In this document: piece by piece, positions 28,315 to 42,400 of the stretch
Position numbering within the stretch: the first letter of the stretch is position 1
Layout: each line of letters begins with the position of its first letter
Assembly (NCBI RefSeq): GCF_964194025.1
Contig: NC_134470.1
Location: forward strand, 54,622,001-54,686,000
DNA length: 64,000 bases
From: Convolutriloba macropyga
Taxonomy: Eukaryota
Reading direction: 5' to 3'
Notes under the pieces: generated by a model
Seen by the model: only the letters and a program-made list of their open reading frames with translations
Told to the model about the DNA's origin: nothing
Database searches by the model: none
Program-made: the position numbers and the translations under genes

Positions 28315-31300
28315 TTATATATATATATATATATAACAATAATTGCTGGTTCTCATAACTAAAAATAAGTATCATAGCTGGTTATCATAGATAGTGGTTT
28401 TAGTTTCATACAATTGAACTGCGTTTGCAAGTAAGAAATATTTGCTGTTGTACAGTATGGCAATTACACGCATTCAAATTAGCAATGGATCAAAGAATAA
28501 CATAACAAAGTAACAAAGAATAACATAACAAGGGCATTCGACTATCAATAGATTGAAACGGAAATTAGGATTATAATTGACTGAGGATGAACTTAAACTT
28601 ACATTGAAAAATTAATCAAACATGGAATGCCAGAGAATTTGAGGGCAAAGTAATGCAACATTGTTTTAAGATTGTTAGAATACTGAAGTTTTAATTCCAC
28701 TTTCGGTAGCAAAAACCGACGTGCTGTTTTTTTTATAGTCATCCTTGTCATAAGTGGTTGGGGTTGAATTCAAACGTCTGATGCGAAGGTCGGGAGGGCT
28801 CACCACCGTCATATTGAATGTTTCTTCCATGGGAGGACGAATTGTCACCTATTGTTGCATTGAGGTGATTACAGTGTTGTTGCTTCGAGAACGTTTTGGA
28901 GAACGTTATCATCTGGATCAATTACGTAGCTCACATTGCTTTGGTTTTCAAAAATATAAGATTTGGTTGCATTGCGTTGACGCTTTAGAGTCGCAATTGA
29001 TAGAGTCGACTGAATGGATGAAGAGGAAGTGGTGACACTACTTCTACGGGGTGACAATGGTAGCGGTTTGGTTGGTTTTCTTGCATACATTGACTTGGAG
29101 ATGTTTGAGTTTTCTGAAGTAATACCAGAAAATTTATCTGTCTGACGAGGACAAATTTTCGTGTCACCAATGTATTGCTTCTCCACGTCTTTTTTCTCAG
29201 AGCTGATTTTGTCTTCAGTAATCTTGTCATAATGTGTATTGTCCTCTTTCACGATAATAACGTCTGTGTGTGGTTGTCGCTTCTGTCATTTCTTTCTCAT
29301 CAAGGGATATATAATTTGTAGACATGTCTTCCAAAAATCTATGAGGTTGTCCATCTCCTTCATCTGCCGAGTAAGAGTTGCTGTTTCTATTGCATTAACT
29401 CTTGTTGGTTTCGTCAATGCTACAGTTGTTTTCGTTATTAGGAAAAGTCCTGGTGTGAATGCTAAGGCATCATTGGTATCATTAGAAATAGATGTTATGA
29501 GTCTTGAGTTTAAAATGGCCTCCATTTAGGTCAAGAAAGTGACAAATTCAAACGTAATTTTTTCCTCCAATACTTCGAAAAATGAGGCTTCATGGCTTGA
29601 CTGCTGCCTCCAAAAATACTTCAAAGTTTGATGCCCTGGGCGGAATTGTCAAGCAGATAATGTTGTTTTCGCAGCTAAAAGGAATATGTTTTTGGAACTC
29701 CTCCGTTGCCAAGGCCTGTCAAAACTCATGCTCTTTTAGTTCGAACAAAGGTTGTTGAATTATCACTGCGTATCTCTTCCGGTGCACCTCGACGAGCTGC
29801 GAAGCGTTTCAACGCTGCAGAAAAATTTTTCTTTTTAATGACACCACTGCCTCCATGTGAATTACTCTAGTGCTGAAGCAAATGAAAATTGCCATAAATA
29901 CTTTTCCTAGTTGTTGCAATGAATTCCTGACTTAAAAGGGTCCACAATAGTCTAATGCGCAAAGACTGAAGGTATATTATAGCAAAAATTCTCTCGTGAC
30001 AGGTCTCCCATCTGTGTCTGCAGTAAATTGGAATCAGAGCCAATGCAAAGCTTGCAATTCATTCTTGATTGATAATTTCTATTCTATTTGATGATCTGAT
30101 GCTTGTTCCATATCTCCTCCCTTGTTGGTGTTTTTTCTTGAAACTTGGTTAATTTTGATTTTGAATTCCCCGCTAAAGCGAGTGCATGGCTTTTATTTTT
30201 GCAGAATGCTTTCGACAACTTAAAGGCTTCCAAATATTGCGGAGAAGAGTTTGTAGTGTCAGTGGGGGACCTCCTTGAAGGTTCTTCTGGTGCGCTTCTC
30301 TGATCAGCAACTCTGTAAATGGCAATTTTTGGAATGAGAATTGGACATTTCCTGTCGATATTGTAAGGCGAGTTATTGAGACGTCCTGCAACTCGAAAAC
30401 TTGTTTATTGTCGTCAGTGAATGGCAAATGCTGTGCAGGTTGCAATCTTATGAAAATTTCTTTCCTGTTTTGTTCCATGACTCGATTTCGATTTTTGATG
30501 ATGTACTTTCTTCAGTAGGTGCGACCAGAAATGTGTAGCCTCCTTGTTCCCACAATTTGCTGTTAATCGGGCCCCGACTCCACCGTTTAAACCTTAAAAC
30601 CACCTAAAAAGCCTGAAATTTTCATGTTCAGGCAATTTTGTTTAACATTTCTCCTTTTTAACCTGGCGAGTCAAATCTTTTCATGGAATTTCTTGTACCT
30701 GGGCCCCAGCTCTACTTTTCAAAGCAGTTACTGTGATTTGTTGCCTCAGTTCTGTCTGTTCCCAGGACTACCCAAACCACTGGTAACCAATGGAAAGGTT
30801 GAACTAATCGTTACAACCTCGCACCCGGCAATGATTATTGAACATGTGCACCGGCCCTACCCAAACCCAAAAGCTGTTCTTGGTTGGTTTGAAATCACCT
30901 GGCTATCTGCAACACCTGAGGAATGTGAAGTGCTTGAGACCCCGGCTCAAGGATTGTCACCAACGGGATGAGTTGAACTCACAGGTTGCTCTTCGCCCCC
31001 AGCGTTGAATACTAAACCTGGACCCGGGCTCTACATTTTCCGATACCGCCTTATATATGGACTGATGCTCCTGTGTTGACATTGCTTGCATTGAAGTCTA
31101 CAGTCCACCAAAATCAAATCATTTTCGATCATGTTGATTGGGTTACCCAATGCAGGTGTGCAAGAGGCCCTGACAAAACAACTGTGCCCTACGGCCCTAC
31201 CCATACCACCCAATCCTCTGGATGCCATTGATTAGTCTTTGTCTTCGGCAACTTTCTTGTTGGCTGTCACAGTCCTTGATGTCAGGATTATCGTTTCAAG

Positions 31301-34300
31301 ACTGACTTTTTAATGTCAAATTCCAGAAGAAACATACCCTGTTTGAAACTGTATAAAGCTATTCGTCATTTGTACTTTTTTTCCCTTGTGCGTTCGTTTG
31401 ACTCGATGTCGCGTCCTTTGATTCGATGTCGTCTGTGGATGATGTCTTCTCTTCAGCAGGTGCGACCAGAATTGTATAGCCTCTTTTTTACGCAATTAAC
31501 TTTTACCTGTGAGCCGACCCACCCTTTACCCCCTTTTAACCTGAATTGCCCTACCTTTTTATCAGATTTGCTGTACCTGAATTCAAAATCACGGCCCCCG
31601 CACTACCCATTCCGTTACCACCTGATGTGAGGATTGATATCCCTGCACTCACATTGTACTGCAGTCTACAGGCCACAAAGTCAAAGTCAGCTTCCCTCAT
31701 GTTGATTGGGTTCCCAAATGCAAGTGTTCCCCTGGCACTGACGAAACAGCTGGCACCATGGCTCTACCTATACAACCCAATCTTCTGGATGCCCTTGTTT
31801 AGTCATTGTTATGTCTTCGTTAACTTACCTGTAGGCTGTCGCAGTTCTTGGCTCTAGGCTGTCACAAGTCAGGATGTTCATTTCGAGGTTGACTTTTTGA
31901 TGTCAAGTACCGGAAGAATTTTACGCTGTTTGAAGCTCTACAAAGCTAATCGTCCTTTGTACATTTCAACTCCTTGTAACGAAACGTGAGACGAGTTGGT
32001 TGGTGCTGTTATGAATTGAATCTGTTTCTTATAGCGGTTGGAATGAAGAAACTTTTCCCTGCTTTTTCGTAGTGGCCTCGAGTTCTTTTCGTTGAAACTT
32101 CGAAGGCTTCTCCTGACACTTTTTATGATTTTCAAAATGAAGAGAAAAATTATTTGCCTCCCTCTGTATTGTCGAATGTCGATTTATCATTTGAAAACTT
32201 GTTCTCAAAATTTTACGAAATCATTGTCACGTTTGTAGATTGCATCCGTAGATAAAATACTAAGTGAGGGCCAACAAAATTTTGCTGCTTCAGCCAGTCC
32301 GGTCCGTCCACTACAGTTTATGCTTCGACAAATCACAGGCGGCTATTTTTCCCGAAGCGCAATCAGCAGGAGTTTCTTCCGTAGTAACGTAATTCCAACT
32401 TTTGGCTGGAGTGACTTCTTGTACTTTGGCTACACTGTTAGCTACAAAAATTTTCCACCTCTTGGGGTAATTTTGGTCAACGCAATAGTAACCGTCAAAT
32501 CCGACCAGGCAAAAATTATTGGCTTCGGAAACCGTTCATCGCTGATTGCGGTTGACACCTCCCAAACCAGTTTGGCACCAATCAGAGCTGCACGGAGTTC
32601 CAAGAGTGGTACACAAACCAATTAAATAAGGGCAACCTTTCAGCTTGTACCTTTTCGCTTTAGCACAGTCTCCGATCTTTTGTCTGAGGAAAACAGCGGC
32701 AGCATAAACAGTTGTAGCATATCAAAAAACGTGAAATTAATATTCTCTTCGTTTTCCCGGCATTTAAACTTTTGTTGTAGGCAAGTTTCCTCAGGTCTTC
32801 AAGTTACACACGATGTCGCATGAATTGCTGAAGAATTTCATCTGAAAGTTGTTGATCCCAGTCGCGCCTACATGTTCATAAATAACTGCACAAGAGACTT
32901 TTGTGGAATAGTTGTTGGTGAAAGCCTACCAAACGGACTGAAAAAACGTGAAACCTCTGACAAAATCTGTCGCTTTGTTTTCGGTGTCTCGTTGTCAAGG
33001 TTAACTGTAAAGGCAAATTGGTTAGCGTTTCGATTTCATTTTACGCCGAGTGTCTTTATGTTTTAATCTCCGCCTTTAATACCTATTTCATCTTCATTAT
33101 TTCGGAAATTTACCGTTGGTATTGGAACTAATATGGAGTCGTTTGTAACCCATTTCGAAACCCAAAGTGGCACGTTTTTTGCAAACCAAAGTTTGCGGTG
33201 CAACATTAAATTATTCGCTTGCTTGAACTGCTTGTTATTTCTGCATGCTCAAGAGACTCAAGCGCCAGAAGAGTAATTTTGATAATAGTGGTTTTTTGGC
33301 GTTAAAATCATTCCTTTCCGGTTACTGCTGAATATTCAAAAATTTAGTGCAAGTTGATTGAAATTTGTAACCTTCCGGCATCCTTGAACGGGCTCAATTA
33401 AATCGACACTTTGTTGCAAGAACTATCAATAAGTTTTGTTTAATCAGGCACATTGTGTAACTTCTGTCCAGCTACAGAGTTTCCTTCACTCAAACCTGTC
33501 ATTTTGACATTCTTCTTCTACATCTTGTTTATTGAATCTGGTTAACTGCATGCCGATGTCTTCCTGTATCAGCAAAACAAAAAGTTTGTGGACAGGTTGT
33601 ATAAAAAACCCAGTCGCTCTTTGAAACTACACGATTTGATTTATTTTTTCACTTCCCTCAAACATCTTTGTTACTCATCCAATTGGCTATGTCATCAGTT
33701 GTGTATTGTCTTTTTTCACAATTCGTCATATATATCAAAATTTGGTTGTTCCTTCTGCTGTTTTTGTCATTGCTGTAAAGTGTATATTTAATCTGTAGAC
33801 CAGGTCTTCCAAAAATATCTCATGTTGTCTATCTTCATCTGCCAAGTAAGCGTTGCTGTTTCTATTGCATCAATTCTTGTTGGTTCTGGCAATGTTGTAG
33901 TTGTTTTACTTATCAGAAAATGTCTTGCTGTTAGCGCTAAGGCAGCATTGGCATCATTTGAAACAGATGTGATGGGTCTTCAAATTAATATGGCCTCGAT
34001 TTAGGTCGAGAGTGTGGCAAAATTAGAAAATCTCAGTTTAGGTCTTCCAATATTGCTATACATGTGACGCTTCATGGCTTGACTGCTGTCTCAACAATTG
34101 CGCCGAAGTTCGGTTCTCTTGTCGCAATTGTCAGCCAAGTAATGTTGTTTTTGCAATCTGAAAACAGAAATAAATTTTTTGAACTCCTCCGTTTCAAAGG
34201 CCTGTCGAAATTCAAGCTCATTTAGTTCAAATAAAAGTTGTTGAATTATCACTGCGTATCTCTTCTGGTACACCTCGACGAAGTACGAAACGCGTCAGCG

Positions 34301-34600
34301 CTGCAAGACAATCTTCCTTTGTTAACGATATCACTGGCTCCATGATGTGAATTGCCTTAGTGTTGAGATCGCCACTTACATTTTCTAGTTGTTGCAATAA
34401 GTCCTTGACATAAAAGAGTCCACGATAGTTGAAAGCGCAAAGACTGAAGGTAAAATCTCTCTTTTGGCAGTTTTCTTATCTGTGGCTGCAGCAGTTTGTA
34501 TTCAAAACAAAAGCATGGCTTGCCGTTCATTCTTTTTGATGCTCTCTCTATACCTCCTCCCTCGTTGGTGTTTTTTCCTTTTTCTTGAAACTTGATTAAT
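25770..34600 (-). mobile_element. Scrambled relics of a second BEL/Pao family (RT end, RNase H, several integrase pieces)
   Basis: Minus-strand hand translation: TKRQILSEVSRF (about 32.95 kb); PLLELRAALIGAKL, FAWSD, TPADCASG (32.3-32.6 kb); LLIREAH...GGP (30.2-30.3 kb); LDYCGPF, ALKRFAARRG, SDN, LNSRL...TPG (29.4-30.0 kb, paralogous at 33.9-34.5 kb); decayed PPT/LTR junctions at about 25770 and 33370. Confidence 0.8.
28267..28334. repeat. (AT)n microsatellite
   Basis: Direct reading. Confidence 0.95.
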
Positions 34601-34714
34601 TTTGACATTGATCTCCTCGAGGATTCGGTGAAAGATTTTTTTGTGTACCCGTCAGCGGTTCTTTGTCTCATCGAGTACTGGATTCGTGTTTTTTTTTCAG
34701 TGAAGTGCAAACGA

Positions 34715-35160
34715 ATTTTCTCTAATGGTGCTACCAGAAAACAGATTGTGCGGATCATCTCCTATATAGGATGTGTTGAAAATGTTCAACTGTTCATGAG
34801 ATAAACCATCTACAAATTCAGTGGATAACGTGCTGGAAATCAAGTGTCAAATGGATCGCTGCATGACATCTAGAGAGTAAAGTAACCGCTTTCTCGATGA
34901 AGGCTACTTTTTTAAAAAAAAAATCAAGTGGTTGATTAGAAAAATTCTTTTGGAAATTTCAGATGCAGAACTTGATATATGAAAAGACTATTATCAAGCA
35001 AAGAATGGCAAGGAAGGACCGTGCTCAGCAAAAACTTATGAAAAGAGTTTGGCTTATTTTTAGCGAACAGCTGTACCTTAGACCGACACCAATTAAGCAG
35101 GCTAAACTTTCGCTCTGCACAAATTTTATGCTCAACTTATCTCGTAGTCTCAAAAATTGT
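34715..35160 (+). repeat. About 450-bp dispersed repeat, second copy at 50888-51360
   Basis: GAAAACAGATTGTGCGGATCATCTCCTATAT...GAGATAAACCATCTACAAATT...AGGCTAAA shared between the copies. Confidence 0.9.
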
Positions 35161-37282
35161 CTCATTGGCTCATTAATGTGGCTTTATTTACTTAACTAAC
35201 TGATTTGATTTGAAAGCCCTATTTATTTAAACCAAAATTTTTGATCAATGTGAAGTTTTCTGAAAGTTTCTATCCCTTTTCCATTTGGCAGAGAATACAG
35301 CCGCTCCTGTGGATAAGCAGGTTCAGAAAATTATGAGAGAATTCACTTTGCGGAGCGGCTTTATTTGGAAAAGTTGTCAATAGTTGCGCAATCACTAACA
35401 ATTTACGATTACCGGCAAGGGTTGGTTTTGGTCACAGTTTTCAACATACATTGAGATAAAACTAATTAAAGACCACGTTTTTTGTCCGTTTTCTTACTCT
35501 AACTTGCTCAGCCTACATGTTCCCGACCTAATGTTTCCATCAATGATCTTATTTTGCAAAAGTAGTAGTAATATGTAAAGAAAATCAAGAATCAAAGACA
35601 CAATTTTTGCGAAATTGTCAAGAAGGTGAATTTTGAATGGTGGTTTGTAGATTTAATCAGCCATGTTGGGTTGCCTGTTTACACAACGTACAAATACCTT
35701 GTAATAGAGTACATCCGATGACAAGTTCAATAGGGACTAGAAGGCATTTTAGTAAATTGTGGCCTTTCGAAATGTTGGCGCTTTTGATTCAGCGCTTTTT
35801 CTTTAAATTAGCCCTAGATTGTTAAAATGCAACAGAACGTGATAGTAATTGAAGAGGAAGCTTGGAAAAAACACAGCCTTAAGAAATTTAAACGGCAGAT
35901 AGGTGTTCTTTTCTGTATCAAAAAATTACAAGAGTCACTGTATTCCATGTTGATCTATTAGGAGATTGTCAAAGCCCAAATTTCATGGCTCGATGTTTTT
36001 TAAAAGTTTTAAATTGATTCTGATAAAAACCAATTACCCTACAAACCAAAATCAATGCGTAGAAAAAATTAAGTTTTTTGATAGTTTTTAGATGCCTGAC
36101 TTTCAATACGACTAAAATTGAATTCGCAGAATTGGTTTTTCCAATTACAGTGGAATTGGCTACCTTGCAGTTCTTTCTTGACAAATAATCTGTACTCTAC
36201 TTCTAATTTTTGATGCTCTCTTTGTACTTCCTCCCTTTCTGGCGTTTTTTCTATTTTCTTGAAACTTGGTAAATTTCTCATTGAACTCCCTGCTAATTCG
36301 TTGAGAGTAATATACAAAGTTGAACAAATTTACTACAAATGTCCTGTAATTAATGGTTGACATAGGTTATTACCTAAAAAATTTTAGGATTCTCGACTTA
36401 TTAATTGCTCTTGTAATAATGTTTTTATCAGAATTTTTAAGCTTTGTTTCTTTTCAAATCTCTGAATTCCGGATTTCTATTTCTCAGTTTCGCAGTTTTT
36501 ATGCGTATTGGAAATTGATCGCAGGAAGCTGTCAATCTATTAAGTTTCGTTACTGTCTACTAGTTCTTTAATATGTCCCATAACTCATATTTGAAGTATC
36601 ATTAGCGTGCTCAATTATTAACGCTGATATATAAAATTATNNNNNNNNNNNNNNNNNNNNNNNNNNNNNNNNNNNNNNNNNNNNNNNNNNNNNNNNNNNN
36701 NNNNNNNNNNNNNNNNNNNNNNNNNNNNNNNNNNNNNNNNNNNNNNNNNNNNNNNNNNNNNNNNNNNNNNNNNNNNNNNNNNNNNNNNNNNNNNNNNNNN
36801 NNNNNNNNNNNNNNNNNNNNNNNNNNNNNNNNNNNNNNNNNNNNNNNNNNNNNNNNNNNNNNNNNNNNNNNNNNNNNNNNNNNNNNNNNNNNNNNNNNNN
36901 NNNNNNNNNNNNNNNNNNNNNNNNNNNNNNNNNNNNNNNNNNNNNNNNNNNNNNNNNNNNNNNNNNNNNNNNNNNNNNNNNNNNNNNNNNNNNNNNNNNN
37001 NNNTTATTGCCTAAAAAATTTTAAGGATGCTCGGCTTATGAATTGCTCATGTAATAATTTTTTCATCAGTTTTCTATGCTTTCTTTTTTTCAAACATCTG
37101 GTTTCCATATTTCCATTCCTCTTGCAGTCGTTATGCGTATTGAAAATTGATCGCAGTAATCTGACAATCTATAAAGTGTAATTTCATTAATTTGTACTAG
37201 TGTGTTAATTTGTCCAATAACTCAAATTTGAAGTACCACTAGCGTAATGAAATATTAACCCTCGTATCTTTTGTTAACGGTC

Positions 37283-37284
<2 letters not shown>

Positions 37285-37321
<37 letters not shown>
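37285..37321. repeat. (AT)n microsatellite
   Basis: Direct reading. Confidence 0.95.
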
Positions 37322-37324
<3 letters not shown>

Positions 37325-37356
37325 AAGAAGTTCTTATATAATTGCACCATGTACTA

Positions 37357-38425
37357 CCCAGGTTGAGGTCCAGACATAAATTGGTTTATGATCAGACCCA
37401 GTCGAGCGCACACCCGTGTGTTCCCAGACCGAAATTACAGGGTCTGGAAGGAAGTTCAAGCGCACTACAGTCTGAACGATGGTGTGGAGATGGTCTGATC
37501 AGGGGTCGACTTGGTCTGAAAAGTCTGATCATAGGCGGATTCGAGCGCACTTGGGTCTGATCAGAAATGTTTTTGAATGCAATTGGGTCTGATCAGGGAC
37601 CTTTTCGAGCGCATTTTTTTTCGTTTTTTTTTACTGGGAGATGTTGGCTCTGCCAAGAAGCAGCCATAAAGCGGCGTTCTGATCAGAGACTCTACTAAAA
37701 TCCAATAGCTCTAATCAGAAAAAAGGAGGCCAGCTGATATTAGAGGCCGGTCCCCTTCAGAAGAAATTTTGATCAACTCGGCACCACGATGTTTCTTGTA
37801 AAAAGCTGCCTAAGCCCATCCATTGAATGTGAAATATACACTAAACGGTACATTAAAAAAATTTGTTCTCAACAGTTGGGTTTCGTTTTCTTTAGCAATA
37901 CTTTTATAATTGTTATTTCCTTAGATGAAAAAAATACTGCAAACATCAAGTTTTATGAAATGAATAAATTATAGCAAAATTAGGAGATTTTTTCATAAGC
38001 AAAATCTTTCTCTGATCAGACTATTTCGAGCGCACTTGAGTCTGATCAGAACTGGTTTCGAGCGTTCTTCAGTCTGATCATAAATGGCTGCAAGCGCAAC
38101 TGGGTCTGACCATAAATGCTTCGAGCGCAACTGGGTCTGATCATAACCTCTTCGAGCGCACTTCAGTCTGATCATAGTCTGATTAAGGTCTGTGCAATGG
38201 TCTGAATTTGAGCCTGCACCGTGGTCTGAAGATGGTCTGATCAAAACACCTTCGGTCTGAAAAGTCTGATCAGAGACTTTTTTGTGCCTGGAAAGTCTGA
38301 TCAGAGGTAACTTGGGTCTGGAAAGTCTGATCAGGGTGAATTTCCCTCTGGAAAGTCTGATCAGAGATAATTTCGGTCTGGAACGTCTGATCAGACGAAA
38401 AATTGGGTCTGGACCTCAACCTGGG
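37357..38425. mobile_element. MITE with perfect 19-bp TIR CCCAGGTTGAGGTCCAGAC and internal about 30-bp GTCTGATCAG repeats
   Basis: Exact inverted termini; flanks TA/CA (TSD with one mismatch); related repeats at 2.6-5.8 kb and 61075-61165. Confidence 0.88.
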
Positions 38426-39137
38426 CACTTGCTTTCAATCAAATGATACCTGAAAAGACACTCTGTGTTGTTTTCAAGTATGTAACTTCGTGATGTGCTT
38501 TTTTGTCCAAACAGAAACCAAACAGGGTTAGATTTTAGTCAATGTAATAAGACTAAATGATTCGAAAACTTTTGATAAATCTTGAAAAGAATGCCAAGTG
38601 CTGTTTATCTAATTGACTTCGCTTTTAGGTGCACTGTTGCTTCTGTCGTTAAGCTTTTGGTCTGAAGCCAAATTTATTCCCACATTGTAGCATGAGTTTG
38701 TCTGCGAGTGTTCAAACAATTGACATTTGATGGATACTTTGAAAAACTTAGACAGTTGGAGTTATTGATTATAGATGAATGATAATTTGACGGAACACAT
38801 CATTCACCAATTTAAAATAACATTTTTAATAGTTTTTTAAAGGTACTGAGTAGAAGTTTTTAATTGGATTTACTTTTTAAAAGTAAAACTAAGAAGACCA
38901 GCCAGTTCAATTGCAGCATCTCTCACCACCAAAGTACAAATTAATCAAAGACCAATTGTTTTGAAGAATTGAGAGCCAGAAGAGATTGAAGACACTCAGG
39001 TGTTATGAACCTGAAACTGAAACATAGTTCTCTTCACTAACAGAGCTTACTTAAAAACAAATTTAGACGAGTACTGTAATATTTAACTTGTTTCACTATC
39101 TTAGTTGAGTAATTTGGCTATATGCTTGCTTGAAACA

Positions 39138-39333
39138 TGTACTCCATGTGTAGAAAACACGTTTATAGTAATGTAAACTCAGTAAGATAATGTTAAGTTC
39201 AGTCTCTTTTATCGGAGAGTTACTGTTTTGCACGTGTTATTTGGACGAAGTCAGTTTCCCACTTTTTTGGCGGGAAGAGTTTCAACTTTTCTAATCTTGG
39301 TTTTTGCCATCTTGAATTGATGCATCATCAACA
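39138..39333 (-). repeat. 3' LTR of the BEL/Pao element
   Basis: TG...CA termini; about 12 mismatches in 196 bp against the other LTR. Confidence 0.92.
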
Positions 39334-39459
39334 GGCTTCGGAGAGAGGAAACCCATAAATTAAACCAATGAAGGGGAGGATGATGTAACTAAGAGACCAG
39401 AGGGTAGCTCGCGTTGCCTAGATTTCCTTTCCGAGAAAGAGAAATTAGCAAAAAAGCGG

Positions 39460-42400
39460 CTGATCAGCCAAAACACGTGCGAGACGGGCAACGGGGAGGA
39501 GGTACGTACCTTAAGCCGTTTTTACTTTGACAACGCGTACAGATCCATCTTTCTTAGGCGATGTTTCCACAATCCGTCCCAGAGGCCATATCCCACGCGG
39601 AGTGAGGTCTTTGAGAATCCACACCAGGTCATTGACTTTCAACGAATCATTCTGTTCGGACCATTTGCTTCGATTCGTTAAAAAGGGAAGGTACTCTTTA
39701 ACTGGGCGTGTCCAGACGTGGTTCAAAAGCTGCTGTACGTTTTTCCACGAGTTGAAGGATGCTGGCATGGTTGATGAAAAGTGCCCTGGTGGCATTGAAT
39801 TGTAAGGTCTCTGCACTAGAAAATGATTTAGGGTGATAGGTTCTTCAGTGTCTAGTACGTCAGTCACATGTGTAAGTGGTCGAGAGTTCAGCATGCTTTC
39901 GGTCTCAACCATGATGGTGTGGAAAACATCTGATCTAAGCCTCTTGCTCCCTAGAATGATCAAAATGATCCGTTTAGCATTTTGGATCAACCTTTCCCAC
40001 GCACCACCAAAATGTGTTCTGTATGGTGGGTTAAATTCCCAACTGTGTTCTTTATAACAAGTTCAGAGGCAAGGCGTTGATTGTCGAGACTACGGACGCA
40101 TCGCTTCAATTCTTCGTTTGACCCGACAAATGTTTTGCGGTTGTCACTTAGAATAAGTTTTGGTTGACATCTTCGTGATGCAAAACGTCGGAGGGCGTTG
40201 AGAAAAGTGTCCGTGTCTAAATCAGGGCATGATTTAAGATGTGCGGCACATGTGACCATGCATGTGAAAATGAGGCCGTAGTACTTGGTGAGTTTGTCCT
40301 TGTTGTCTTCACTATAGAAAGGTCCGAAAAAATCAATTATTGTATTAGCAACAGGAAATTGCGAGAGAGTATCAGGAAACCTGCACGCTGGTAGTGGAGC
40401 CATTAACGGCTGGTTATTTTGGGCATCAAAACGGTGGCACAAAAAACATCGAAATCGGATGCTTAACAATGTTTTCCTGAGGCCGATAACGGCGTATCGC
40501 TGTTGAACAAAAACTTTGAGGGCTTCGGTACCTTGATGTATACAAATTCGATGCGCATGCTCAAGATACAGGCGTGTAATTGAGTCTTTGGCATGAAGAA
40601 TTATTGGTAATTTAGGTAATGGTAACTCTTCAGGAACAAATTGTAGTCGGCCTTGTGATCTAAGTATTCCGTTTTTGTCTAAGTACGGATTTAGGGATCA
40701 AATCTTGCATTTAGAGTCTTGTTTACGTCCTATTCTTAGCGAGTGAATAGCTGAATGGAAAACTTTTTTCTGTGAAATTCGAAGTAAGTGACTGTGTGCT
40801 TGGTTGATGTCGTCTGCAGTGTACTGCTCTTTGTTATTTCCTTCTTTTTTAATTCTAAAGAGAAGGTTGTAAATAGTTGCGAGTGTTAACAGCAGTTTTA
40901 TCCAAGTTCGAAAATGTGTTGGGTGAATGACTGGTTCACTCGGTTTTGCTGTAATCATGTGTGAACAGAAACTATTTTGTGTGCGGAGTTCCAGTCAAAG
41001 TAGTGTTTCTTCAGGAAATCAGGAGCCTGTTCAACTTTTAGAACATAATTCTTCTGGTTCTAGTCCACGTGATCCACGGTCTGCAGGATTTTGATTTGCT
41101 GGCGTATAATTCCATTGACAGGGTTTTGAAGATTCGTTTAATTCTTGGATTCTGTTGGCGACAAACAGTTTTTGTTTCTTCTTGGAAACAATCCAATCAA
41201 AAACAACTCGGCTTTCTGTCCAAAAATGTGTACCGTGTATTTTAATTGTTTTCTCTGTTAGAACTGTTTTGAGTAGTCGCATCCCAATTATTGCGGACTC
41301 AAACTCAAGTTTTGGAACGCTCAACGATTTTAAAGGAGTTATTTTGCTTTTACTGATTATGAAGCTGGTTTCTGTTTGTTTGGTGTTATTGTCATAACTC
41401 CGTAGATAAATTATTGCTGCAATAGCACAAGTAGACGCATCAACAAAGATGTGCAATTGATGTTCAATTTCCTGTGAACTTGCAAAAATATTGAGTGCTC
41501 GCGAGTTTTCAATGGGGGGGGGGTGATCCGAATCAGCTGTTTAGTATTTTTTGCTGTTGTTTATGTAATTTCTCAGGTAGCGGTGTGTCCCATTTCAAAC
41601 CCAGTTGCCAAATTTGTTGCAATACAACCTTGAAGCGTATAGTCATCGGTGACGCAATACGGATGGGGTCAAAAAAGGACGCTACAAGACTGAAAAGTTT
41701 TCTTTGGGTATACATTGCTGCATTCTTTGGAAATTCTTCCAATGGTTTTATGAAAAATTTAGCATCAACGAAACTCCATTTTAATCCTATTACGCGAGTG
41801 AAATCTTTTGACTCATCTAAGTCTTCACATGGAAATCGTTCCAGCACTTCAGGACAAGTAGATAAGAACTTGGTCAATTTGAAACCCTCTCTTTGGAAGA
41901 GCTCTTTGGCTTGCATTACAGTGATTTTCGCTTCAGTGATAGTGGGCAGCGAGTGAACGTAGTCGTCCATGTAAAATTGTTTCATTATTGCTGCAAATGC
42001 TTTGAGAAAATTTTGTGCACTGTCTTCAGCATATTGATTTAGGACAAAGATGGCCATTGAAGGCAAACAAGTTGCCCCAAAAATCAAGCGAGTGAACTGA
42101 TATTGCATTATAAAGTTGTTTTTCGATCAGAGAGCGAAGTGCTGATTGATCTTCTTGTTTGACAGCAGTTTGCTTTAACATACTTTCAATATCTGGATTG
42201 AAACTTGATGCTCACGAAAACGTAACAGTATGCCAATTACGCTGTTCAAGAGATCTGGTCCTGTTAAGATGTTGCTGTTCAATGACTGTCCTCGATACTT
42301 TGAAGCGGCATTTGCCACCCGTCGAATTTTTCCCGGTTTGTTCGGATTTTGAACAGGATGATGAGGCAGGTACCATACTTTTTCAGGTTCAGGTTCTGTC

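Larger units (their letters stand above)
23190..36170. repeat. Dispersed copies of an about 2-kb unit (23.2-25.3, 26.7-29.2, partial 35.5-36.2 kb), with an internal about 325-bp tandem duplication at 26.8-27.45 kb
   Basis: Shared anchors GAGTGGTAGTT...TCATACAACG, GCTATAGGACGTGATAGTAG, CAAGAGTCACTG, GGATATGTCTCAATCTGAT. Confidence 0.85.
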
